Part shown: piece by piece, positions 19,563 to 28,869 of the stretch
How the letters are laid out: the number at the start of each line of letters is the position of its first letter
Numbering within the stretch: the stretch's first letter is position 1
Source: Candidatus Poriferihabitaceae bacterium
Lineage (GTDB): Bacteria; Pseudomonadota; Gammaproteobacteria; Arenicellales; Poriferihabitantaceae
Reading direction: 5' to 3'
Assembly (NCBI GenBank): GCA_965206445.1
Contig: CBDBJR010000002.1
Location: forward strand, 520,719-584,718
DNA: 64,000 bases
The notes under the pieces: generated by a model
The model's database searches: none
What the model was told of the DNA's origin: nothing
The model's input: the letters and a program-made list of their open reading frames with translations, nothing else
Translations under genes and position numbers: made by a program

Positions 19563-20053
19563 AAAACATTGAAAAGACGGAAATCGGTCAAAACCTAGAA
19601 ACTCTAAACATACTTTACACCAACAGTGCAAATAACAGAGAGGCTCTTTTTTACTCGAAACTTGCTGTGCTTGAACTTTGCGCGTGGCTTGAAGAAACCA
19701 TGGAAGAAGTGGTTCGGTCTTACGTTGTTCTTAATATAAAAAATAAAGAAAACCAAAATAGTATAGAAAACTCCATTATCAGACCAAATCATGGATTTGA
19801 CTATAAAGGTAATTTTCGGAAGATGCTTATTCGTGTTGTAGGGTTTCGAGGAATTGAGACTATGGAGGACGCAGCAGGTTCGGCTACAATCTATACTCTC
19901 GAAAGTACTACACGTACACTTAAGAAAACCAGAGACAGGCAAGTACACACTTATTTTAATACCACTATGAACTTGGAAGCCCCATCGATAATTATGGGAC
20001 ACTTTAATAATATGTTTCAAGCACTTGAGAAATTTCAGGATGCCATGAAATAA
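19559..20053 (+). CDS. Small HEPN-like protein (Rx4H motif), partner of DUF262
   Basis: 164 aa, all-helical by composition, with RDRQVH matching Rx4H near the C-terminal third. The start overlaps the DUF262 stop (ATGA). Confidence 0.45.
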   Translation: MKNIEKTEIGQNLETLNILYTNSANNREALFYSKLAVLELCAWLEETMEEVVRSYVVLNIKNKENQNSIENSIIRPNHGFDYKGNFRKMLIRVVGFRGIETMEDAAGSATIYTLESTTRTLKKTRDRQVHTYFNTTMNLEAPSIIMGHFNNMFQALEKFQDAMK

Positions 20054-20143
20054 GAATAGTTATAAAAAATTAGGATATTCTTTCAGGTTAAGGTTAATTA
20101 AATTAGTGAAAATAATAAGGCTAAAATAGCAAAGGTACTGAAA

Positions 20144-20446
20144 TTGCACCTCTATCCAAAATATAAAAATTCCATTGTTAAGTGGCTGATGGAAGCACCA
20201 GAGTATTCGAAAGTACGGCAGCTACGGGCTGTATCAGAGATGGGCGTCAGAAACGACGATAAACATTTCAGGGATAACTATGAGATTAGTTTTACTCGTT
20301 ATTTTTATAAGCCGCAGCCAATGCGGACGCTGGAAGAAATTCGGGCGGATATTCTGGCGTTGGAGCAGGAAAGTGGCGGGTTGGAAGCAATTATTGGGCG
20401 TGGAGAACTCAACATGAACTTGCTGGAGAAAATAAAAAATGACTAA
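20144..20446 (+). pseudogene. Chimeric scar: hsdS 5' stub fused to a copy of the hsdM 3' end
   Basis: N-terminal LYPKYKNSIVKWLMEAPEYSKVRQL resembles an HsdS N-terminus. 20279-20373 is near-identical to hsdM 18204-18298 (EISFTRYFYKPQPMRTLEEIRADILALE). Confidence 0.75.
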
Positions 20447-21896
20447 TGGCGCGCAAACATTCGACGACCACCAAAAAGGGATTCTGCTGAAACGGGCGGA
20501 ACCTGAAGTCAAGACTGATGAACCATGGGCAGATGACGCTTTAGATCGTAGTGAAGTGGCAAACGCGCTGACCAATCTTGTTTCGGGGCAGAAAGACCCG
20601 CTGGTTATAAGTCTGGATGGATACTGGGGAACAGGCAAAACATTTTTACTCAAGCGCTGGCAGGTGGAATTGGAAAAACAAGGCTTTCAGTCTATTTATT
20701 TCAATGCATGGGAAGACGACTTTTGCGACGATCCTCTTGTGGCCATCATAGGGCAACTATCAGCTAGCCTGGAAAAAGATTTTAAGAATATAGTAGATGA
20801 TATCAAAAAAGATATAGTACCTTTACTTGGAAAAATCCTTCTTAGCGTTATACACAATACCGCTGGTATAGATTTCGGTGGTGTCACTCTTAAAGAGCCC
20901 ACAGACTCGATTTTAGAAAAATATGCATCTCAAATAAAGCAGAAAAAAGAAATAAAAGAGCATTTGCAGAAAATATCAGACGAAGTAATGAAGAATACTA
21001 AGCAACCTTTGGTATTTATTATTGATGAACTTGATCGATGTCGCCCAACTTTCGCTATCGAGCTTTTGGAAAGAGTAAAACATATATTCGATATTCCCGG
21101 CATGGTTTTTGTTTTTGGTATCAATCAGGGCGAGCTGTGTTTAGCAATTAAATCAGTTTATGGGGACATTGATGCTGATACCTATCTTCGACGTTTTTTT
21201 GACATACCTTTATTATTGCCGAAAGCAAACATAGAGAATTTTTGTAGACATTTGATTGAGAAATATGAATTGGAAGAGTTTTTTTCGAAACTACGCATAA
21301 GTGCAAGTGACCCTATTCATCGGGAAGATTTTTATACTTTTAATACTTTCTTTCCTTCTTTCTATAATAATCTGGATTTGTCTCTTCGAGATGTTGATCA
21401 TTGTATCAGGGCATTTTCCTTTGTAGGAAAAAGTATTAAGAAAGGGCAAAAGATGTTTCCATTTCTTGTTGGCGCATTAATTGCCCTGCGAGTAAAAAAT
21501 CAGACCTGTTATCGAGATTTTATTACACAGAAATGTTTTGGAGCCGATGTTATGGATTACATCAATGAGGTGATGTCTGATGAAAATATAAATAGCAAAT
21601 TAGGAGACGCTCTCCGTGTTATAGAAATTATTTTGTATGTTACAGATCGTGGGCGCGGACGTGATTCTCTCGGACAATTAAGAATTTTTCTGGATGGCGA
21701 TGAGCCATCTCATCCAGAATATTTATCTAAAAAAATAAAAAAAATATGCAAAGAACAAGATTCAAATAAACAAATAATAGAGGCTTTTGATTTGCTGATA
21801 TCTGATAGCTGGGTTATCCGTGAAACTCCAGAGCTCAAGTATGTTTCCAGTTTGATTGAGCTTACTCAAATAACTACGCAGAGTAAGCCATGGTGA
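20439..21896 (+). CDS. KAP family P-loop NTPase
   Basis: Walker A in the KAP context (ISLDGYWGTGKTFLLKRW) and Walker B FIIDELDRC. 485 aa, AT-rich. Confidence 0.75.
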   Translation: MTNGAQTFDDHQKGILLKRAEPEVKTDEPWADDALDRSEVANALTNLVSGQKDPLVISLDGYWGTGKTFLLKRWQVELEKQGFQSIYFNAWEDDFCDDPLVAIIGQLSASLEKDFKNIVDDIKKDIVPLLGKILLSVIHNTAGIDFGGVTLKEPTDSILEKYASQIKQKKEIKEHLQKISDEVMKNTKQPLVFIIDELDRCRPTFAIELLERVKHIFDIPGMVFVFGINQGELCLAIKSVYGDIDADTYLRRFFDIPLLLPKANIENFCRHLIEKYELEEFFSKLRISASDPIHREDFYTFNTFFPSFYNNLDLSLRDVDHCIRAFSFVGKSIKKGQKMFPFLVGALIALRVKNQTCYRDFITQKCFGADVMDYINEVMSDENINSKLGDALRVIEIILYVTDRGRGRDSLGQLRIFLDGDEPSHPEYLSKKIKKICKEQDSNKQIIEAFDLLISDSWVIRETPELKYVSSLIELTQITTQSKPW

Positions 21897-22087
21897 AATT
21901 GCTTCCTTTCTCAGAATATGAAGATTCCATTGTTGGGTGGCTGATGGAAGTACCAGTGCATTGGAAAGTACAGCGGCTATGGATTGTCCTAAGGATGCGC
22001 ATCAGTAATTTAGACAAACACACTACGGATGGCGCGATTCCTGTTCGGCCCTGTAGCTTTGCTAAAAGGGTGATTTTTAACTGTTAG
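21890..22087 (+). pseudogene. hsdS 5' stub
   Basis: LLPFSEYEDSIVGWLMEVPVHWKVQRL parallels the N-terminus of the intact HsdS (KPYSKYKDSDVEWLGKISAHWKRL) and the stub at 20144. It is only 65 codons long. Confidence 0.65.
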
Positions 22088-22210
22088 GAATTCTTTAGTG
22101 TATGAGCCGAAGATATTTTCGGGAAAGGTAAGGATAATATGACAGATTATTTGTCTTTGGTTTCACTTCCAGATTAGGAATGTTAGACAAATATACTAAC
22201 CGCAAAATAT

Positions 22211-22786
22211 GTGCAGCAACCAGTAATTGAAGAAAAAATTGTGCGTGAAAAAACTTTTAAAGCATTAATAATTGGAGTAGTTGCCTCAGTATTGGGAGGG
22301 ATTTTTCTGCTATATGGCACAGAGTACATTGTCAAACCTTTTTTGTGGCTTAAGTCTGCTATTCTATGGTCTTGGAACTTTTTGATTTCATCTCATTCTC
22401 TGCCCGGATGGGTTTTGCTGATTGTTTTTTTGTTTGCTTCTCTGTTTATTATTTTTGCAGTGATTTATTTTTTGGTGAAGATCGATAAAAATTCTGAATC
22501 TAAACATCTACTGTATACCAAAGATATTATGTTTGGAGCAATATGGCGATGGAAGTGGATGGGAAATCAAATATCTAATATTTGGTGCTATTGCCCTTAC
22601 TGTGACACAATGCTGGTTTATGATGAGCATTGGGGAGAAACATACTTTAGATGTGAGAATTGCAATAACTCTGTTATAGCTACTTTTGACTGCTCTAAAA
22701 ACCGAGCGATACGTAGAGTCGCGCATCAGATTGATAGAAAACTCCGGTCGGGTGAATTTAGAAAAATTATCACATCTAACCAATAA
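22211..22786 (+). CDS. Membrane protein with C-terminal zinc ribbon (hypothetical)
   Basis: 2-3 N-terminal TM helices, then CYCPYC...(17)...CENC. GTG start, uncertain. Confidence 0.45.
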   Translation: MQQPVIEEKIVREKTFKALIIGVVASVLGGIFLLYGTEYIVKPFLWLKSAILWSWNFLISSHSLPGWVLLIVFLFASLFIIFAVIYFLVKIDKNSESKHLLYTKDIMFGAIWRWKWMGNQISNIWCYCPYCDTMLVYDEHWGETYFRCENCNNSVIATFDCSKNRAIRRVAHQIDRKLRSGEFRKIITSNQ

Positions 22787-22796
22787 CAAATAACCC

Positions 22797-24083
22797 ATGA
22801 ATACTCATCTTAAACCTTACTCAAAATACAAAGACTCTGACGTTGAGTGGCTGGGTAAAATATCGGCACACTGGAAACGATTGCCGGGTCGTGTGTGCTA
22901 TCGGGAGAAAAAGTCACCAAATACCGGCCCCCAAATTGACACAGTGCTGTCACTCAGCTTCGGCAAGATTGTCATAAAGCCACCTGAAAAGTTACATGGG
23001 CTAGTCCCGACATCTTTCGAGACATACCAGTTAATTGAACCCAATGATATTGTCATCCGCCCAACAGATCTACAAAATGACTGGAACAGCCTCCGGTTTG
23101 GTTTGGCGAACACAACAGGCATTATCACATCTGCCTATATTTGCCTCCGCACGAGTTCTGTACTCACACCACAATACGGACACCTACTGCTTCATACCTA
23201 CGATTTGAAAAAAATATTTTATGGATTAGGCTCTGGTTTGCGACAAAATTTAGCTTGGCGTGACTTTAAATATTTACCTTGCTTAGTTCCACCCCTACTC
23301 GAACAAACCGCTATTGTCCGTTATCTTGATTATTTCGACCGGCGGATTCGGCGTTATATTGATGCCAAGCAAAAGTTGATCAAGCTGTTGGAGGAGCAGA
23401 AGCAGGTCGTCATTCACCGCGCCGTTACTCGGGGGCTTGATCCTGATGTTCCTCTTAAGCCCTCCGGTGTTGAATGGTTGGGGGAGGTGCCGGAGCATTG
23501 GGAAATACGGCGGCTAAAGCTTTTGGCGCAAATTAGGACTGGTGGACATGATACTGTGGACAGAGTGGAAGAAGGAGCGTACCCGTTTTTTGTCCGCTCT
23601 CAGAATATTGAGCGGATCAACAGTTATTCGTTCAACGGTGAGGCTGTATTGACTGCTGGTGATGGTGCAGGAGTCGCCAAGGTGTTTCATTACTTCGTCG
23701 GCAAGTTTGATTACCACCAACGAGTCTACAAGTTCAGTAATTTTAGAGAAATCACAGGAAAATACTTCTTCTACTTCTTTAGGAATACACTCCGGTTTGA
23801 AGCATTCCGAGAAACAGCAAAGTCAACCGTCGATTCACTTCGACTTCCAATGCTCCAGAACTTTCCTGTTCCATTACCACCGCATAAAGAACAGGAGAAG
23901 ATCGTTGAGGTTATTGAATCTGATACTGCCGACATTGATGCCACGATTGAACGCGCCCGCCGCGGAATCGACCTGCTGCAAGAATACCGCACCCGCCTGA
24001 TTGCCGACGTGGTTACCGGCAAACTCGACGTGCGTGAAGTGGCGGCGGCGTTGCCCGATGATCCGGCGCCGCTATCGGGCTAG
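22797..24083 (+). CDS. hsdS: Type I restriction-modification system, specificity subunit
   Basis: Two TRD halves, each introduced by an (S/D)xVEWLGxxxxHW block, with conserved coiled-coil spacers (LLEEQKQVVIHRAVTRGL; LLQEYRTRLIADVVTGKLDVRE). Confidence 0.88.
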   Translation: MNTHLKPYSKYKDSDVEWLGKISAHWKRLPGRVCYREKKSPNTGPQIDTVLSLSFGKIVIKPPEKLHGLVPTSFETYQLIEPNDIVIRPTDLQNDWNSLRFGLANTTGIITSAYICLRTSSVLTPQYGHLLLHTYDLKKIFYGLGSGLRQNLAWRDFKYLPCLVPPLLEQTAIVRYLDYFDRRIRRYIDAKQKLIKLLEEQKQVVIHRAVTRGLDPDVPLKPSGVEWLGEVPEHWEIRRLKLLAQIRTGGHDTVDRVEEGAYPFFVRSQNIERINSYSFNGEAVLTAGDGAGVAKVFHYFVGKFDYHQRVYKFSNFREITGKYFFYFFRNTLRFEAFRETAKSTVDSLRLPMLQNFPVPLPPHKEQEKIVEVIESDTADIDATIERARRGIDLLQEYRTRLIADVVTGKLDVREVAAALPDDPAPLSG

Positions 24084-24322
24084 TGCTGGCCGAATGCAGG
24101 CGCCATTGCGCATGAATTCGGTCAGATACACACTCCAGACATTCAGATAGCGGATTTTTTGCGGGTACATCCGCTTTCCGTCGGCACCGGGAAGCACAAT
24201 GGTGCTGCATTGCTCCTTCGGTGCCGGGCACGTTATAATCGACCTGACGAGACAGCCTTCGTCAACCGGAATACGCCATATTATTGATTTGAGTACGTTA
24301 GAGCAGGAATCGGGGGAACACC

Positions 24323-27300
24323 ATGCTTATTGTTAAACCCTATGGCAGGAGTGCCATAACCAAACCCGTTTCGGGGGAGTCTCGCAGAGTACTGCGTAAA
24401 CGCGATGGGGGTATCGATCGTGATTTCAAGGAGTTCTGCCGGGAACACCCCGATCTGGTTCTTGCCCAATGGATTTCTGTTGTCGATAAAATTGCCCGCA
24501 AACCGTCCGGTCGAGGCCAGCCGCCGGAAGCCCAGCGCAAGTTTCGCCAGGAGATTGGCGCAGTGCTTTGGCCGTATCTGACTTCAAAGGAGATATTGTC
24601 GCCGGAGTTGGAGCAGAAATTCTGGTCAAAGGTTCATCCCTATCCGGAGCCTGATAGCAAGGATAAGCCCAGGAAAGCCAAACCGAAAGTGGCTAAATCG
24701 CACCCGAAAAAGACCGGTGGCGAGGCCAAACCCGAGGGCAGGTGGTACAAACGCTTCCTGGGCGATGCGGAACCTGATAACGCGGTTCTCAGTGATCTGC
24801 CGGACAAAATCTTTGCGCATCTGTATGAAACGGAATACCGGATTGCGCCCACCCGCCCGAACAAATCCAAAGGCTTGATTGCCGCACGCGCCGAGTCAAT
24901 TTCCGGTAACCTGTTGCAGCGATCATCCCTGTCCGGGTGTGACTGGACTGAAGACGACGAGGAAGCATACGCCCGGGGCGGCAATGTCGCCGCAGAGATA
25001 AAGAGGAAGATCAAGGAACTGGAGGTGCCTGCAAAGGGTAAGAAGTCGCAGAGGGCATCCCTGCGTGATGTCGCTCCTGTGCTGTTCGGGCAATATGGGC
25101 GGCTGTTCCACGGCGAAAATGATACCGCGCTATCCGTCGCCGAGGCCGGGCAAAAACATCCCGGCCTCTTGGCATTGCATCAGGCGGTGAAAGAGGCGTA
25201 CAAGCGCCGTCTGTCCGGCCACAAATCTGCCCGGCATAAATCGGTTGCCGAAGTGCTGCCCGATAGCATGGACGCGCTTTTTAGGCTGGTTCATAGCGCC
25301 CGGCAGAATGCCCGGGTCAGCAATTTGATCCGAATCGGAAAGATTGCCCATTATGAAGCCGCCCCGAATAGTATCGTCGATGACTGGCCGGCAGATCGTC
25401 TTGCTGCCAGTTTGTATTGGACCAGCGATGGTCAGGCGGAAATCAAACGGACTGATGCGTTTGTCCGTGTCTGGCGCACGGCACTGGTGCATGCGGCCCT
25501 GACGCTGACTGATTGGGCTGACCCGGAAGGCAGGATTGCCGACGATATATTAATCAGCGACAGCAAGGAAGAAGTACTCGACATGCTTGATAGTGCTGCT
25601 TTCGACCGCAAGGCATCTGTCCTGTTTGGCAGCCGAGCGCAGGATCTGACATGTCTGCCGCTTGAGAAGAAAAAAGAATGCTGGTCAGCCATTTGCACAG
25701 CAGTAGCACAGCTCCGTAACAGCAGTTTCCATTTCAAGGGGATTGACCGGTTTGCACAATCCATCAATGACGCTGCCACGGGCGATTTCCAGTTCGATTT
25801 TCTTGTCGACCTGTACAAACAGGACCGGGCTGCCCGGTTGAAATATCTGGTCGAAACACTGCAAGGTGTCAAGGCAGACCGGCACCTCGACAAGGGGCAA
25901 TTCAAACAGCTCATTCTGGAGATAAGCACCGGTTCACCCCGCATGATTCCGTTGCCGCGATTTCAGCGGGTGTTGGTGCGTTACAGGGACGCATTCTGGT
26001 CAAAAGAATCTTCTGTTGTGAAACTGCCTGCACCCGGGAATCGTCAGAAAATGGAAGAGTCCCCGGCGCTTCGCTGCCAGTACACATGCCTGAAACTGCT
26101 CTACGAGCGCGCTTTTCCGGCCTGGCTCAAAGACAGTGATACGGGCACATTGAGACGCTGGATTGACCGCGCCGTTAAGCGCGCCACCTCGGATGCACAA
26201 AAGATCAATCGTGATGCGTCGGCTGTTGCGCGCGCTACCGATATAATCTGCCTGCATGACGGCGACACGATTGCTACTTTCCTTGACCGTCTGGCGGCAG
26301 AGACGGCGACGGAAATCCGCGTACAAAAGGGATACGACCCTGATCCCGAAGCCGCCCGCAAGAAGTCGGCTTACCTGGACAATCTGAATTGTGACGTGAT
26401 GCTCCAGGCGTTTGGCGACTTTCTCAATGAGAAGAAATTCGACTGGTTGCTTGAACTGCAGGACGGTCAAGAGGATATGCCGCGATATGATCTGCCTGAG
26501 CTGCCCCCGAACGAAACCGGGATACAAGCATGGCAGCGTGTTCTTTATATTGTTTTGCACCTCGTCCCGGTTGGTGAAGTTTCCCGCCTGCTCCATCAGA
26601 TTCAAAAGTGGAACATTCTTACCCTGAAATCTGCGCACGGGGGCCGGAGTCGGCAGCCTGATGCGGCACGTTCGGATGAAGCTTTTGCCCCCTTGACGGA
26701 TGCTGACTGTCTGTTCGAGGTGCTCACGCTGTATCTCGATATGCACGACGCCAAGTTCGAGGGCGGCGAGAGCCTGATGAGAGGCGATGCGCTGCCTCGC
26801 TGGTTTGAATCTGAACAGGATTGCAAAAAGATTTTTCCCGAACAAGATGGGGCGCTTGATGACGCGCACCTGCCGCTTCGCGGTCTGCGGGAAATGCAGC
26901 GGTTTGGCGCCTTGAAATGCCTGGAACCGATTTTCGAAGCCCATAAGATCACCGGCGAGGAAGTGTCCGGGTATTTGGAATTGAATAGAGGGGAGGGCGG
27001 TGAATCGAAAATCGTGCGCGCCCAGAAGGTGCGTGAGACGCTGCACGCGGATTGGACCAGCAAGCCCAAAGATTTTGACAAAGACAAGAAGAAGCAGCGG
27101 TGTTATTGGGATGCGCTGGCAACGGTCACGCAGCACCGGCATTTTGCTAACCGCGTCCACCTGATTGATCATGTTCAGCTGTATTATCTCCTGATGCAGA
27201 TTTTGGGCAGGCTGGTTGATTTTGCCGGTTTGTGGGAGCGCGACCTTTATTTCACAGCGCTTGGCCTGATGATCGAGAAAAATGAGCAGCCGGATTCGAT

Positions 27301-27907
27301 ATTCAAGCCGAAAGGGATTAAGCGCCTGAAACAAGGCAGGATTGTGGAGGCGCTTCGTGAAATTATTGATGAGGATACCGGGCGGGAGATAAAACGGGAG
27401 ATAGAGCGACTCTTTGATTCGAATTTCACTTCCCGAGACAGAAATATCCGTATCAGGAACAATTTCATGCACTTCAATATGCTGCGCTCAGGGCGAAACC
27501 CCGACGCCGGTACAGCGGCAGTGCCCCTGAACCTGACCGCACTGGTAAACGACTGCCGATCACTTATGGGTTATGATCGCAAGCTGAAGAATGCAGTTTC
27601 TAAATCTGTGAAGGATTTATGTGCGCGTGAAAAGCTCGATTTGTGCTGGAAAACCGATCCCAGGCATTGTCTGACCCAGGCCACCGTCAACACGAAACAG
27701 GCCCGGCACCTCAAGACAAAATGTATCAGGGAGAATCTGTGCGGAATACACTACATAAAGATGGCTGCGGATCTTTTTGCCGGTAGAGAATTGTCCAGCA
27801 AGGATGTCACGTCAAAAGGCTTTGATGAAGCTGAACAGGAAAAGCAAAAAAATCGGCCAAAAAAGCGAGAAAAAAACGCCAGACAAGGCGGTCAACGAAG
27901 AAGATGA
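24323..27907 (+). CDS. cas13a: Cas13a (C2c2)-like type VI-A CRISPR effector, two HEPN RNase motifs
   Basis: 1194 aa. Rx4H motifs RNSSFH (R465/H470) and RNNFMH (R1045/H1050), spaced as in characterised Cas13a. It is directly followed by a co-oriented array whose repeat resembles Cas13a repeats. Confidence 0.8.
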   Translation: MLIVKPYGRSAITKPVSGESRRVLRKRDGGIDRDFKEFCREHPDLVLAQWISVVDKIARKPSGRGQPPEAQRKFRQEIGAVLWPYLTSKEILSPELEQKFWSKVHPYPEPDSKDKPRKAKPKVAKSHPKKTGGEAKPEGRWYKRFLGDAEPDNAVLSDLPDKIFAHLYETEYRIAPTRPNKSKGLIAARAESISGNLLQRSSLSGCDWTEDDEEAYARGGNVAAEIKRKIKELEVPAKGKKSQRASLRDVAPVLFGQYGRLFHGENDTALSVAEAGQKHPGLLALHQAVKEAYKRRLSGHKSARHKSVAEVLPDSMDALFRLVHSARQNARVSNLIRIGKIAHYEAAPNSIVDDWPADRLAASLYWTSDGQAEIKRTDAFVRVWRTALVHAALTLTDWADPEGRIADDILISDSKEEVLDMLDSAAFDRKASVLFGSRAQDLTCLPLEKKKECWSAICTAVAQLRNSSFHFKGIDRFAQSINDAATGDFQFDFLVDLYKQDRAARLKYLVETLQGVKADRHLDKGQFKQLILEISTGSPRMIPLPRFQRVLVRYRDAFWSKESSVVKLPAPGNRQKMEESPALRCQYTCLKLLYERAFPAWLKDSDTGTLRRWIDRAVKRATSDAQKINRDASAVARATDIICLHDGDTIATFLDRLAAETATEIRVQKGYDPDPEAARKKSAYLDNLNCDVMLQAFGDFLNEKKFDWLLELQDGQEDMPRYDLPELPPNETGIQAWQRVLYIVLHLVPVGEVSRLLHQIQKWNILTLKSAHGGRSRQPDAARSDEAFAPLTDADCLFEVLTLYLDMHDAKFEGGESLMRGDALPRWFESEQDCKKIFPEQDGALDDAHLPLRGLREMQRFGALKCLEPIFEAHKITGEEVSGYLELNRGEGGESKIVRAQKVRETLHADWTSKPKDFDKDKKKQRCYWDALATVTQHRHFANRVHLIDHVQLYYLLMQILGRLVDFAGLWERDLYFTALGLMIEKNEQPDSIFKPKGIKRLKQGRIVEALREIIDEDTGREIKREIERLFDSNFTSRDRNIRIRNNFMHFNMLRSGRNPDAGTAAVPLNLTALVNDCRSLMGYDRKLKNAVSKSVKDLCAREKLDLCWKTDPRHCLTQATVNTKQARHLKTKCIRENLCGIHYIKMAADLFAGRELSSKDVTSKGFDEAEQEKQKNRPKKREKNARQGGQRRR

Positions 27908-27972
27908 AACATATTTTTTTTTATTGCAAAAATCAGGATTTTCTTTATGTATTATTGCGTTATCAGTTAGCT
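27908..27972 (+). promoter_or_regulatory. CRISPR leader (AT-rich) of array 1
   Basis: 65-nt AT-rich stretch between the cas13a stop and the first repeat. The degenerate repeat is at the far end of the array. It is duplicated at 29860-29924. Confidence 0.6.
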
Positions 27973-28869
27973 GTTGAAGATGACCCCCATATGAAGGGGG
28001 ACTACACCGACAGATGTTCCCAATCCCACCGATTCTGCAGTTGAAGATGACCCCCATATGAAGGGGGACTACACCTAAAACGGCGTTATATCGCATCTGA
28101 CGGCCGTTGAAGATGACCCCCATATGAAGGGGGACTACACCCGTAATCCAGTTGGATCAAATTCTATTGCTGTTGAAGATGACCCCCATATGAAGGGGGA
28201 CTACACCTGCGTCCGACTGCACCAATTGCGCGGTCAGGTTGAAGATGACCCCCATATGAAGGGGGACTACACCTGCGTCCGACTGCACCAATTGCGCGGT
28301 CAGGTTGAAGATGACCCCCATATGAAGGGGGACTACACCCTTGCAAGGATGATGTTGTTTTGCTCGTTTGTTGAAGATGACCCCCATATGAAGGGGGACT
28401 ACACCCACAACGTCTTTGCGGTGCTCGTTCGCTTTCGTTGAAGATGACCCCCATATGAAGGGGGACTACACCTGATCAACCCGCCGATTAAATTCCGGCG
28501 TCGTTGAAGATGACCCCCATATGAAGGGGGACTACACCAGCGCGGACGGTGTATAGAAGGTGGTCGTAGTTGAAGATGACCCCCATATGAAGGGGGACTA
28601 CACCTGTATGGGCGTGATACTGCGCATTTGCACCGTTGAAGATGACCCCCATATGAAGGGGGACTACACCATCACCACCATTATTTCGCTGGCCGGCCTG
28701 GTTGAAGATGACCCCCATATGAAGGGGGACTACACCCGGATCCATTGACTCCATGCCTTCCCTATAGTTGAAGATGACCCCCATATGAAGGGGGACTACA
28801 CCCAAGACGTTATTTTTGTAATCTGTTTTTCAAGTTGAAGATAACCCCCATATAAAGAGGAACCACACG
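27973..28869 (+). CRISPR. CRISPR array 1: 14 x 36-nt repeat (gttgaagatgacccccatatgaagggggactacacc), 13 spacers of 30-31 nt
   Basis: All repeats were located by eye at 27973, 28040, 28106, 28172, 28238, 28304, 28370, 28437, 28503, 28569, 28635, 28701, 28767 and 28834. The last repeat is degenerate. Spacers 4 and 5 are identical. Confidence 0.97.

Noticed and set aside
26000-27472. 490-aa ORF antisense to cas13a
   Set aside because: It lies entirely inside the cas13a coding region and has no recognisable motif. The sense frame carries both HEPN motifs and continues across the whole region.
24323-27907. Alternative assignment of the effector to Cas13b, Cas13c or Cas13d
   Set aside because: Cas13d is much smaller. 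Cas13b has HEPN motifs at the extreme termini and a repeat that lies 3' of the spacer. Here the HEPN motifs are at about residues 465 and 1045, and the repeat has a Cas13a-like stem-loop with a 3' ACUAC.C end preceding the spacer. A profile search is still needed.
27812-28805. ORFs translated through the CRISPR arrays (for example 28124-28441, 28157-28408, 28164-28454, 28488-28805), giving periodic VEDDPHMKGDYT / GVVPLHMGVIFN peptides
   Set aside because: Their periodicity is simply the 36-nt repeat read in frame. They are not genes.
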